NCBI RefSeq assembly: GCF_041956535.1
Contig: NW_027192195.1
Location: forward strand, 180,336 to 244,335
Length of the DNA: 64,000 nt
Reading direction: 5' to 3'
Source: Calcarisporiella thermophila CBS 279.70
Lineage: Eukaryota > Fungi > Calcarisporiellomycota
Shown here: positions 53,494 through 64,000 of the stretch, piece by piece
How the letters are laid out: every line of letters starts with the position of its first letter
Numbering within the stretch: the first letter of the stretch is position 1
Made by a program: the position numbers and the translations under genes
Notes under the pieces: generated by a model
Told to the model about the DNA's origin: nothing
Seen by the model: only the letters and a program-made list of their open reading frames with translations
Databases searched by the model: none

Positions 53494-53561
53494 GGCTATC
53501 CATTAGCATAGAGAGCAAACAATCAAAACAAACTCTCACACGCCTTTGAGGACAACAAAAC

Positions 53562-54981
53562 ATGAGAAACATCAAGGTTTTTGGTGGATCGTCTCATCCC
53601 CTTCTCACCGAGCAGATCTGTACCCGCCTGGGTATCCAACCAGGCAAGGTGAAGCTCTCCAAGTTCTCGAACCTAGAAACGAATGTAGAGATTGGAGAGA
53701 GCGTTCGTGACTGCGATGTTTACATTATTCAGAGTGGATGCGGACATGTTAATGACAATTTGATGGAGATGCTTATTATGATCCAGGCTTGCAAAACTGC
53801 CAGCGCACGCAAGGTGACAGCAGTTATCCCGTGCTTCCCATATGCAAGACAGCCTGATGCTCCTTATAAGAAGGCGGGAGCTCCTCTCTCGCGGGTCTCG
53901 TCATCAGTTTCCTCGCTACCCGCCACACCCGCAGCGGGGGAAATTAGAGATCCTATTAGTCTGGCAAATGCTGTGCAACGGATACAGGTCAATGGGACCG
54001 ATTCGGCTGCAAGCACGGCTCCATCCTCTCCCACGGCAGATGCCACGCCTACCGACAGCAACGGCTCGCCACAAGTACACAGGCACAATGCTCAGCGTCC
54101 CACGGTGCTCCAACTTCCAAGTGCTTTGTACCAGTCATCTGGTTTTATGTCACAGCAACAGTCGTCGAGCAGCGGCTATAAGCACTGGGTTGCACGCTCG
54201 GGCACACTTATTGCCAACCTTTTGATGTGCGCAGGTAAATATTGTGTTTTCATCCCTCTGAAAATAGATGCCTACAGCATATGCTCATCAATATGACTGA
54301 ATAGGTGCGGATCACATTATTACAATGGACCTCCACGACCCGCAATTCCAAGGCTTTTTTGATATCCCAGTTGATAACCTTTATGGACAACCTCTTATGA
54401 TCAAGTACATAAGAGAAAACGTGAAGAACTATGAGGATGCAGTTATTGTTTCTCCAGATGCTGGTGGCGCCAAAAGGTTCGCGGCCCCTATATTTTCCCA
54501 AATCCCTGCAGACCTTTAGTTGATCGCCTCTTTTTATTTTCATAGAGCCACGGCCATTGCTGAGAAGCTACATATGGATTTTGCCTTAATTCACAAGGAG
54601 CGACGGCACGCCTCGAAACCCAACAAGACAGACATGATGCTTGTAGGAGATGTGCGCGACAAAATCTGTATTCTTATTGACGATATTGCAGACACCTGCT
54701 TCACCATCACTAAGGCGGCTAAAGTGCTGGTGCAGAATGGTGCTAAGCAGATTTATGCCATTATCACCCACGCTACCATGTCGGGAGACGCGCTACGGCG
54801 ACTTGAGGCGAGCCACATTGATCATATTGTGGTCAGTAACAGCGTTCCACAGGAGGAGCATCTTCAACGGTGCTCAAAACTTCGGGTCTTCGACGTGGCT
54901 GCCATATTTGCCGAGGCGATCCGGAGAATCCACAACGGCGAGAGTGTTTCGGTGCTTTTTGAGGTGCGAGACATCTGTTAA
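53562..54981 (+). CDS. PRS5: Ribose-phosphate pyrophosphokinase, Prs5-like (with non-homologous insertion)
   Basis: [17 protein letters not shown]; FPYARQPD followed by an S/P-rich insertion and [17 protein letters not shown]; [10 protein letters not shown]; ILIDDIADT. Confidence 0.85.
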
Positions 54982-55497
54982 ACACCAAGCTATACATCGT
55001 ATCTTTCTATATTTCGGTGTGTTGTAACTTCAATTTGCCGCATTCTCACCTTTGATCTGTTTTTCCCTGTCAAACAAGAAAAAAATTGTAATGTACATAT
55101 GATTATAAGAATATGCTTTTTTATTGTTCCAAACCACTAGAGATAGATCGAACTTATTATAGACGATGACTCTGGCTTGTTCGCTGAACATTTTAAACAT
55201 TCCATCTTGCAAGAAAAGTTAAAATCTTGAAATGTTAATAAAAAAATCTTTATTGAAAGTTTATCATATTTAGTCAAACAGTTACAATATTAGCCTACAA
55301 CGACGAGAACCCTCGGTACCATGCTGAATGCAACGACGGATAAAACACCAAGTTTAAAACCCTAAAACACAGTACTATTTGTACAGGTTACAAACACCCC
55401 GAGCATTTGGATACTGTGATGTGGCCTATTCATTGAGGATGCCTTGGAAGATGAGCTAGAGAAGAGGAGAGCGAATGTAGAGGAAATACTATCGGCT

Positions 55498-56377
55498 AAG
55501 GGCGGAAGTGGGAGATAGAAACAGGAATGGGACACTGATAACGAAGGAGTGATACGACTCCATGGCAAACACTATGACGTACTTGGTTGGCGACGGCCGC
55601 AATACCGTCTAGTGACGCCACGTCTCAGCGGCCTTTCTCGCGTGTATAATCGAGGCCTGTAAGTAGATACGGGGCCCATGCTGCCTCACGGTTCTCCCCA
55701 CGCATCAGGTCGCACCTACTCATATTCATCCACCCGAACCATGCAAACCATACATTGCCATGTTTGCCCATGAGATCACCCTCTATTGTAGTTTCTATGG
55801 CCCTCCTTACACCGTCCGGGTCCGCGCACTCTCCGTCGAATTGTGTCCGCTTAGGCACTACACGTCACCCTGGAGGTATCACGACTTGCCTGTGCGGATA
55901 TATAACGTGGGCGGTGCATGATTCATCAGTGACATACTGGTCACCTACCGCCATAGCTGTGTCGCCACTCTCTAGCATCTCTGCCAAGCACGGTTTTCCA
56001 CAATGGTGGCTCCCAAACCCAGCAGCTCATGCTTCCTCCTCACATTTGTTCTCACGCAGACCGCCACTGATCCGAGCTACTACTTCACTGAACTCCACCC
56101 CATCGCCTGTGGTAGACTCAAACACATCTACTAGTGGTCCCACACTATGCATACCGCCGTCCGCCCCTAAAAAATCACGGCAAGTATATACACGTTCTTT
56201 CAACCAGCTATCTAACCTGTCAGCACTCCACCTGTACATCTTTCCTCCGTGCCCTGGCTCGCCATTCCCCAAATACACCACACGAAGCCCCCCAGTATAT
56301 ATCTGGATCTGCACACCATCCCATACCTCTACGCGCTCGATATAGAATTTGCCCATGAATCGGTAGAGGCCAATCAA
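55498..56377 (-). pseudogene. Decayed intronless ORF of unknown (possibly viral) origin
   Basis: A single frame of ~290 codons is interrupted only by three TGA stops (56027, 55865, 55625). The island is GC-richer than its AT-rich flanks. Confidence 0.45.
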
Positions 56378-57091
56378 AGTATGGTGTCGGATTTTGTCGA
56401 AGTTTGTAAATAAATTTCTTAGACTAAGTGCTTGTAAATACTGTGAAGTGAAGTTTATTATAGCTGATTTTTGTGAGAAATGTTAGCATCTTACGATCAT
56501 TTTGTTTTGTGAATTGTTCATTTCACTAGCCTTATTATATACAAACTTTATAATTCTTCGATAATTCTCTTATATTGCTCTTATATTGTATATGCATGTG
56601 AAACATTATTTTTACGATAAAGATGTTTAAGTGATTACACAATTATATATCCACAATGTATTATTGAGACTATCAGCAACTTTTGCCTCAGAGGGGTGAT
56701 TTCTTTAGCTCTTCGGCCTTTTGTGTATTCATGCTATCTGGGTGTAATTTCATGAGTAAATGGAGTGAGTATCTGGACGGTCTTGTCTTATTGATGCAGC
56801 TTGGACTTTTTTGAGCATAATGTTTGTGACAGGAGTTTTACAATGGGGTAGACACACTCTAGGATAAAGTTATTTTGTTTCCATCTGTCTATATAGTGAG
56901 GTAGAATAATTTCTGATAGCTCCGGAGTGTCATGACCCGTTTTAAAAATACTAAGTTTACAAAGGTCTTAAAAGCGACAACTCATTTATGATATATTTTG
57001 TGTGGAAATTTCACTGCTTCTTGTAGCGAGATCTTAAAACTTGAAAATTATTTTTTTAACTATAGGCTCTATTGAATACGATAATTATAAT

Positions 57092-57759
57092 CGTTTTTTT
57101 TCAACCAAGGACCTTTATTGAAAAGTATCCTATACTGTTAAAAAGATAGGGTAGCTTCTACGTCAAAATCACCCAGGTAATGCCCCTGGCCTACCTTGCA
57201 GAATCCGGAAGCTAGAAGGAAGAAGTAAGAAAGAGAGAAAGAAGTGTAAGTGGATGAGTGAAAGGGTGATGAGGAAAGAGCTAGGAAAGTATGGAAACAG
57301 AAATTAGCTTAATTAAGGAAAAAATGTGAGAGGGAGGGATAAAAAGTTGTGTGCAACGGTATTAAGATAGATTGCTTACGTACATGAAATAATGAAGAGA
57401 AGGGAAGGATTGAAAAAGTAAAGGAAAGAAGCGAAAAAAAAAGAAAAAAAAGGAAAGATATGGAAAACGATAGAGGGAGTGGTATTAATATACAGCGGTG
57501 AGGGGTTGGGTGCAGTTCTCAGGCCCGAGTTCGGACTGGGATTTGATCTTCAGAGGTGTCCTGGGTGAAAATCACAGAATCAATCTATGATGTTCACCAA
57601 GTTTCCCTTTATCATTTATCGATGAAGTCTTTTTTCCGACCCTGTTTCATTGCCATCCACTACTTGGACTTTATTCCTTACTGCATTTCATGGTCAAATT
57701 GTTTGGTTATGGCTACCGGGTTGGGTTGGGCATCGTCTAGCATTACTTCAAGTCTCGAG
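57092..57759 (-). mobile_element. 5'-truncated non-LTR retrotransposon (unit-B family) with a 13-bp TSD, upstream of tRNA-Ile
   Basis: Perfect direct repeat CGATAATTATAAT at 57079-57091 and 57760-57772; T8 (poly-A on the minus strand) at 57094-57101; homologous to 605-1145. The minus frame encodes a decayed ORF2 tail (SRLEVMLDD...KQGRKKDFIDK**RGNLVNIIDDSVIF). Confidence 0.85.
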
Positions 57760-57843
57760 CGATAATTATAATATTATTTATGTCGGAGTTTGAAATACAT
57801 TAGATAGCTAATGAGAAGCTTAACCGACTCAAATTTCGCAGGA

Positions 57844-57917
57844 GCTCGTGTAGCTAAGTTGGTTATAGCGTGGCGCTAATAACGCCAAGGTCACAGGTTC
57901 GATCCCTGTCACGAGCA
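57844..57917 (+). tRNA. tRNA-Ile (AAT)
   Basis: Identical 74-nt sequence to 49273-49346. A T-run terminator follows at ~57931. Confidence 0.97.
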
Positions 57918-59192
57918 ATTCTAAATAATCTTTTTTTGTTTTTGTAATTGTAAACGTGTAAAATCTTACGCGTTTATTTTTTTTTTGGGGGGGGGGGGGA
58001 GAGGGGTGGGAGGTTTAAATAAAACTGAACTCCTTGTATTCAACACAAGAATTTGATATTTTTAATATTTTTAGGATAGAGTTAAATCTACTTAACCAAT
58101 TACTACAATTTCGATGATGATATTGAACAGGAAATTTTTTATGGCGCCTTGGCTACATTTTCCTTAGGTTATTAATATATATATTGATAATCAAAGTTTC
58201 CTTGTTTCGTTAGCCAAACTAGAACAGACATCTATTTTCAGAGGGCCAATTCAAGGTAGATCTTGGCGTTAACCGCATCAATATCAAAAATACACTAATC
58301 AGCAAAAAAAGGAATCGCAATTTTTCTCTCATTTCATCATGGCGTAGATTCGTACACAATCATTTATGGAATAATGTGAGTTTAACAATATATTATCCCC
58401 ATCTTAACCTCGATTCGATTTCATCTACTGCACGGTAGGGGGCCAACTAGATCTATTGCAAATGGGACCAATGCGAATATAGAGATTTGAGTCTGCAGCA
58501 CTAAAACCGAACATGGTATGGCTCTGTTCCCCTTTCAGTCGAGATGAAAATGGAGAAAAATGATGGGGGAAGGGGAAGGGGGCTATTACCGTCCGGTTTT
58601 AACCGTATTTTTTGGTGAGGGAAGGAGGGAGGGCGGTCGGGAAGGGATCTTACTCGCCTATATGATAATGGGTGGGGGAAATTAGTCACGCTTGACGAAC
58701 AGAATAGAAATCTGTAGTAAGCTGTAATCGCAACGAAGTGCATGATATGCCTATTTAACAAACATGATGAAAAGGGACAAAAAGTTTCATATATTTATTT
58801 TTGCTTTTCATGCTTCCCCCAGCTTTCAACAATAAATATTAAGATATTAATAAAAAGACCTCATCGTGCATCTTTTTTTTTCCTCCCTTCATCACCGTTT
58901 ACTCTCTCTGGGAGACTACTAAGACTTTCCCACTTGGTTCTCTTCGCTTTCTCACGGCCTTTTCCCCTTGCTAGTCTCTCTCCTCATCTTTGTCGGTTAA
59001 CCTCTTGGCGGTCCCCATTCTACTTTTGTTTTTTTTTCATCTCTTTATCTCACGTAAGGTGTTCAGATATACCTGGTAGTTACTATTGTTGGTTTTTCTC
59101 TTACCATGCTGACTTTCCGACTTATTGCAGTTATTCTCTGGACTAGACTAGAGAAAACGAGCCTATCCCCACAGTAACCCTTGCGTAACTCC

Positions 59193-61476
59193 ATGTCTCC
59201 GCGAATCGCACCCGCATCCAACCTCGAAACAATACCTGAGGAGCACTCTCGCTCTGTCAGCCCAAACACAGAAACAGAAAAGCCACGCTACCAGTACCAT
59301 GCATATCCTCTCCTGTGGGACTTTATAGAGATGCCCCTTGAGACGCCTTCCAAAGATTCCATAAAAGATGGCTCCAGGACTTTTACGTCTATACCCCTGT
59401 CGCATCAAACGTTAAAGGCGAGAAACATAGCCACAACCAAGTTGGATGTATTGTCAGAGACGCCCGAAGAACTTGTAGTGATTGATCCGGAGACGGACCG
59501 GAAACTTGTAAGAAAAATCGATTTCAATCTAATCCCGTTACTGATCACGTTGTATATGTTAAGCACTCTCGATAAAGCGTAAGTTCATTTCTTCAATTGC
59601 TCTTCTCATTAAAAGTCTCTCGGTAAGCAGAGTGTCTTATTCATGTGTGTCTCTCCTTTCTCATCGTAGTGGCATCGCCATCTCAAAGCTAGTTGGAATT
59701 GAAACTGACCTTCATGTATGGATCTTTTAGTTGATCTCGACTTCTTTATTGTCTCTTCATCTTCTCTCCTCTACCATAGCTCGAAGGCAATCAGTTCAAC
59801 TGGGCCCTCAGCGTGTTTAATCTTGGATATGTAAATACTAGACCTTTTGACTCTCTAAATTTTTGTCTTTTATCTCTGCCATCGCTCACACCCGACTGCT
59901 TCTAATCTTCCGTCTAGATTTTATTTATGCTTCCTTCCAATCTCGTCCTCACAAAACTCACTCCGCGTAAATGGATACCTCTTATTATGGTGGTATGGGG
60001 CTGCATTGAGATCGGGACAACTTTTTGCAAAAACTTTTTTCAATTAGTTTTTGCAAGATTTTTTCTTGGGTAAATCAAACTTCCTCTTTTTATGCATGGA
60101 AATATCCTGATGGTTTTTTCTCGACTCCCCTACATAGTATTGCTGAAGCTGGGCTATTTCCGGGGATCATCTTTGTTTTGTCTCTTTGGTACAAACGCTC
60201 GGAGCAGAACCTTCGGTTTGCACTCTTTGCCGCGGCGTCGGCCTTAGCCGGAGCCTTTGGCGGCTTTCTCTCCTATATTATTACCCGATTCAACGGCTTT
60301 TACGGCCTCTCTGCATGGCAATGGATCTTCATTCTGGAGGGTGTACCTACATTGATCTTTGCGGCCATTGCATTTGTTCGGATCACAAATCGTGTCGAGG
60401 ACGCGAAGTTTCTGAAGGAGGATGAGAAGCAGCTGGTGCTGGATAGATTAAGAGAGGATTCAGTGGGCACCACCTCTACTCAACAAAAGAGTGGCCTGCA
60501 ATGGGGACAGGTGAAAGACGCCGTATTCGACTGGAAAGTGTGGTGCATCATGCTTTTAGATTTCAGCATCGTTGTGCCTCTGGGTTCCATGTCTCTGTTC
60601 TTACCCACCATTATCAAAGGTACTATTTTGTGTAGGATCGCTCTGCTCATGCTCTGTCTTCATTGCATGCCATTGCTTTGTTAGGGATGGGCTTTGACAC
60701 CTTCTCAACCCAGCTCCTCACTACCCCTCCCTACGTTCTTGCTGCCATTTCCACTCTCAGCATGGCTTATTTCTCGGACAAGTTACAAAGGCGCGGCACA
60801 TTTGTCATCGCGGGTGCATGCATCGGTCTCGCCGGATTTGCAGGCCTTTTGCTCTTCGAGGGAACCATATGTAGGGCTATTCTCATTCAAGCCAGGTACC
60901 ATTGATAAGTAATTTGTAATGGGTTTATCTAGTGTTATATATTTCGACCTGTGTGGTGGCCATCGGTATCTTTCCCGTTCACCCCTGCAAGACCAGCTGG
61001 CTCACCAACAATATTACGGGCTATACCAAGAGGGCGGTGGCGACCGCTCTCATGGCTGGCGCGGGTAACGTCGGCGGTTTTCTTGGTGCCCTCATTTATA
61101 GGCCGCAAGATGCACCCTTCTACAGTACGTATCGCTCCTCCCCTATTTGCCAATAGGTGTCTCTTTTCCTAACTCCTATTGTAAACATGTGTTTTCAAGC
61201 TTTCGGACACACGATCAATGCAATTTGTATCGCCATTGTGATCGTGCTCTCCTTCACTCTCCGATATTTCCTCCAACGGGAGAACCAGCAAAGAGATCGA
61301 AATCTAGTTGAAAATTGGGCCAAAGTCACACACCTCTCTCCAGACGAGCTTGCAGATCTAGGCGACAAGGTTGGTGGGGACATTGCCCAACTCTCCGTCT
61401 TCTTCTCGATTCTATCCAAGACGAACTAACATGTTCTTTTGCATCCTAGCATCCAAATTTCCGCTATACTCTCTGA
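59193..61476 (+). CDS. MFS transporter, ACS/Dal5-Tna1 (allantoate/nicotinate permease) family
   Basis: DRKLVRKIDFNLIP...LDK; IAEAGLFPGIIFVLSLWYKRSEQNLR; WQWIFILEGVPT; SWLTNNITGYTKRA; DLGDK|HPNFRYTL*. Confidence 0.92.
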
Positions 61477-62375
61477 GATGATATCTTCACCACATACCAA
61501 CATATCGTCACATTTTATTATGATCTATCCGATTACATATTTTTTTGTTCAGTTCTATTATTTTATTTTCTGAAAATGGGCTGTAACGCTGTTAGTTTGA
61601 GGCATGTGCAAACACGTTGCTGTGCGCGCACTCCTCACTCTGTAGTTGCATGTCTACACTGTGGAAAAGAAACTGATCCGGCGCTAATGGCGGCAGTTTG
61701 CACGGTTTGTATAAAAAAGGACAATAAAGCTTTCCGTTTGCGCCTCCCTCGTGAGCAGGGCCGAAGCGATTACGTCGCCCCATGGAATCAGGAGGGGTTC
61801 TAATCGAACATTTCCTTTGGAACAAATCAATGAAAACAAATCCGGTAAGATTAGTCCACAACAATTTAATCAACACTGGTCCGTCTCACCCACACCACCC
61901 CCTAGTGGCTTTATAAGGAGAGCACCTTCCAATGCTGGAAGTTGTCAACTCCGCGGGTGAACGTTCTAAACATTCCTTTTGTGCGTAATAAAACAAGCCT
62001 TTTTTTAACGGTTTTTCTCTTGAGAAAAGTACCGCTTGATACAATATAAACACTCCCTCCTCTACATGTGCCGCGACACTTAGCTCCCAACCCATCCTCT
62101 CCCCTCCCAATCGCGAAAAGAAAACCACACCAATCGCTTTTCATCGGTGATGGGCTCATGACAGGCCCTGATCAAGTTTTGGAAACACTCATCAACCAGC
62201 CGTAAATCACATTCACTACTTCAAAATCCCTCGTTTCCCCCATGTTCAAATCAACATGCATGTTACTTCTTTTACTCATTATCTCTTGCTCCATAACTAC
62301 TGCGCTCTCTAGCCCACTCGGGCGCCGGAAGGATGCAGTAAGGCTGAACGAATCTCAGAAAACGTATAGAATACC

Positions 62376-62888
62376 GTGGTAGCTTCTTTCTCTCTATCGA
62401 GTTTACCCCTAATGTCTCTACCATTTAGTCTAGGTAACAGCCTGACTGCTTCCCAGCGTGACGAATATACCGATTTTCTTGAGACTCTAGAGCTTGAGGC
62501 TCGCTTACTCTCCTCCCTCATTAATCGGCAATGTCCTTCGGCATCCGAGGAACAATGGCACTGGTCCGTATTCATTCGGTATCTCAAGAGAGAATTTCCT
62601 TACTGGGCGAATGACCTCGATGCCTGGACTCGTGTCACGATGGAGCTTGACTCATTCGAAGACTGGGAAGAGTTTTTGAGGCAGCTAGCGGATCAAGTTC
62701 AAAAAGCGGAGACTCTATACAATCTCGATGTCAGACACAGGCATCCAACCAACGCAGTGCACCCGGCGCCGTGTCTACCCGCTGGAAACGTAAGTGATGC
62801 GACTACAAAGCAAAGGATAAGCGAAATGGAACAAGAGCTAATGGACGTGATGGATCGATGTCGAAATGGAGGGGGCGAATGTCCTTGA
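62376..62888 (+). CDS. Uncharacterised helical protein, terminal exon(s); gene probably starts near 61.7 kb
   Basis: Long open, amphipathic and Trp-containing frame (EYTDFLETLELEARLL...WSVFIRYLKREFPYWANDL...). Upstream S/P-rich candidate exons are present. Confidence 0.5.
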   Translation: MVASFSLSSLPLMSLPFSLGNSLTASQRDEYTDFLETLELEARLLSSLINRQCPSASEEQWHWSVFIRYLKREFPYWANDLDAWTRVTMELDSFEDWEEFLRQLADQVQKAETLYNLDVRHRHPTNAVHPAPCLPAGNVSDATTKQRISEMEQELMDVMDRCRNGGGECP

Positions 62889-63163
62889 CGAAATGGAATA
62901 TCGCAATATTTATTGCTAATTTATAAGTAATATATTTGTAAATATCAAGTTTTTGCTTCCTTTTTTTTCCCTTTAATTGTACCATTATACCACTGAGTAT
63001 TATAATTGGCCGAAATAAATATTTTCTATTGATGATATCGGATATAAAGCAAAGTGACCATTGAGAGAGGATGTAGAAGGATGTAGAAAGAAAGGTTGAA
63101 CCAGTATATACAAGAGCCATTCAATAAGGTGAGGTGGAGATATATATCAGGAGAGTACGGCGG

Positions 63164-64000
63164 TTAAAAGTTCAAAATTGGGTACAAGATGAATAGAGAT
63201 GCCATGAATAGAATGTTTGGGGCGAGTCCCATTGCAGAAGATTTTACGAAGCCTGAAGGCAAATTGACGGGCAGCGGTTGATCCCTGGTTGAGTACCCCA
63301 TAGAGCTCAGCACCTGCATCAGCTTTGGTCCGATGGGGCCAGAACCTCCGCCTCGACGCACCGCCTCTTGAAGCGTCACGCCCTGGTCCTGGATGAACCG
63401 CATGAGAAAATCGGCGGTATTTGTATAGGTCCTATAGTCCACGTGGGAGATGCTGGAGCCATCGCTGAAGGGTTTAATCGAGGTTTCCAGAACGACTGCG
63501 TCCTGGGTTGTCGACTTTCCTTCGGGAAGGAATCCAAGACTGTCGGGGGTGGTTGCGATATTCATCATCTGCGTTCCAATCCGGACCAAGTCCGGGGATC
63601 CCTGTAAGATGGAGTTCAGGTCACTTGGAGAGATGAAATCAGAAGGAGCCGATGAGACGGCATTGTTGAGATCCTGCGTGTTTTGAGTGGTATGCTTAAG
63701 GTCGGGGAGGGTGACGGCATACCGATCGAAGACATACTCATAAAATTGGCTGATCCTGACCTGGCCAAGCCTGTTTTCAGAGGCGGTCAAGTCTGGAGTG
63801 AGCAAGGAGGAAGTGATGTAATCGGACCAGCTATTAGATAGATCAGAACAGGGTTAGATGGGGTCAGTCTAGCTTTAAGTCGGCAAGTAATGCCTCTAAC
63901 ACCATCGTCGTGTTTTACCTTGACGTGAATCCTAGCCCATGCATCAATTCGTGCAATACTACGAACAAAAAGTCGCTTTGGTTCTCTCCTATTGGCGTGG
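63164..64000 (-). CDS. Secreted/GPI-anchored zincin-like metalloprotease (5' part outside the window)
   Basis: The minus strand at ~63925-63975 reads DFLFVVLHELMHGLGFTS (HEXXH). Downstream are VLETSIKPFSDGSSISHVD...DFLM...PIGPKL and a hydrophobic C-terminus. Confidence 0.75.

Noticed and set aside
55498-56377. Selenoprotein or TGA=Trp recoding of the three in-frame TGAs
   Set aside because: There is no redox CxxU-type context or recognisable SECIS, and TGG is used freely. Similar stop-gain decay is seen in the neighbouring LINE remnant, so pseudogenisation is simpler.
56400-57078. Further stacked element left of the 57-kb insertion
   Set aside because: Only a partial TSD-like match (cgataatt at ~56559) and no convincing ORF or poly(A) tail.

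Overview
Gene-dense, intron-rich eukaryotic DNA from a fungus, most likely an early-diverging lineage (Mucoromycota or Zoopagomycota-like). The placement is inferred from a KDEL calreticulin, a division-2 chitin synthase, a Zn-cluster protein, Cbf1 and 55-100 nt GT-AG introns. There are about 25 protein genes, including MCM7, RPL22, a DH-PH RhoGEF, SGD1/NOM1, an ankyrin-chitin synthase, CDC48, a Rim4-like RRM protein, a KASH-like protein, a CDKN3-like phosphatase, a homeobox gene, HSBP1, calreticulin, COX7C, two small secreted paralogs, SMYD, MTQ2, CBF1, a PRS5-like gene, an MFS transporter and a zincin protease. Two identical tRNA-Ile(AAT) genes and a 349-N gap flanked by (GA)n are also present. 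The most notable signal is a family of 5'-truncated, poly(A)-tailed non-LTR retroelements. One copy, with a perfect 13-bp TSD, sits 71-84 bp upstream of a tRNA gene with its 5' end facing the tRNA. At 1-2430, five related 3' ends are stacked head-to-tail and re-use the same TSDs. Together these suggest position-specific, Pol III/tRNA-gene-targeted retrotransposition (TRE5-like) in a fungus. The second highlight is a chitin synthase with N-terminal ankyrin repeats instead of a myosin motor. Exon boundaries were read by eye, and family calls rest on motif recognition rather than database searches.
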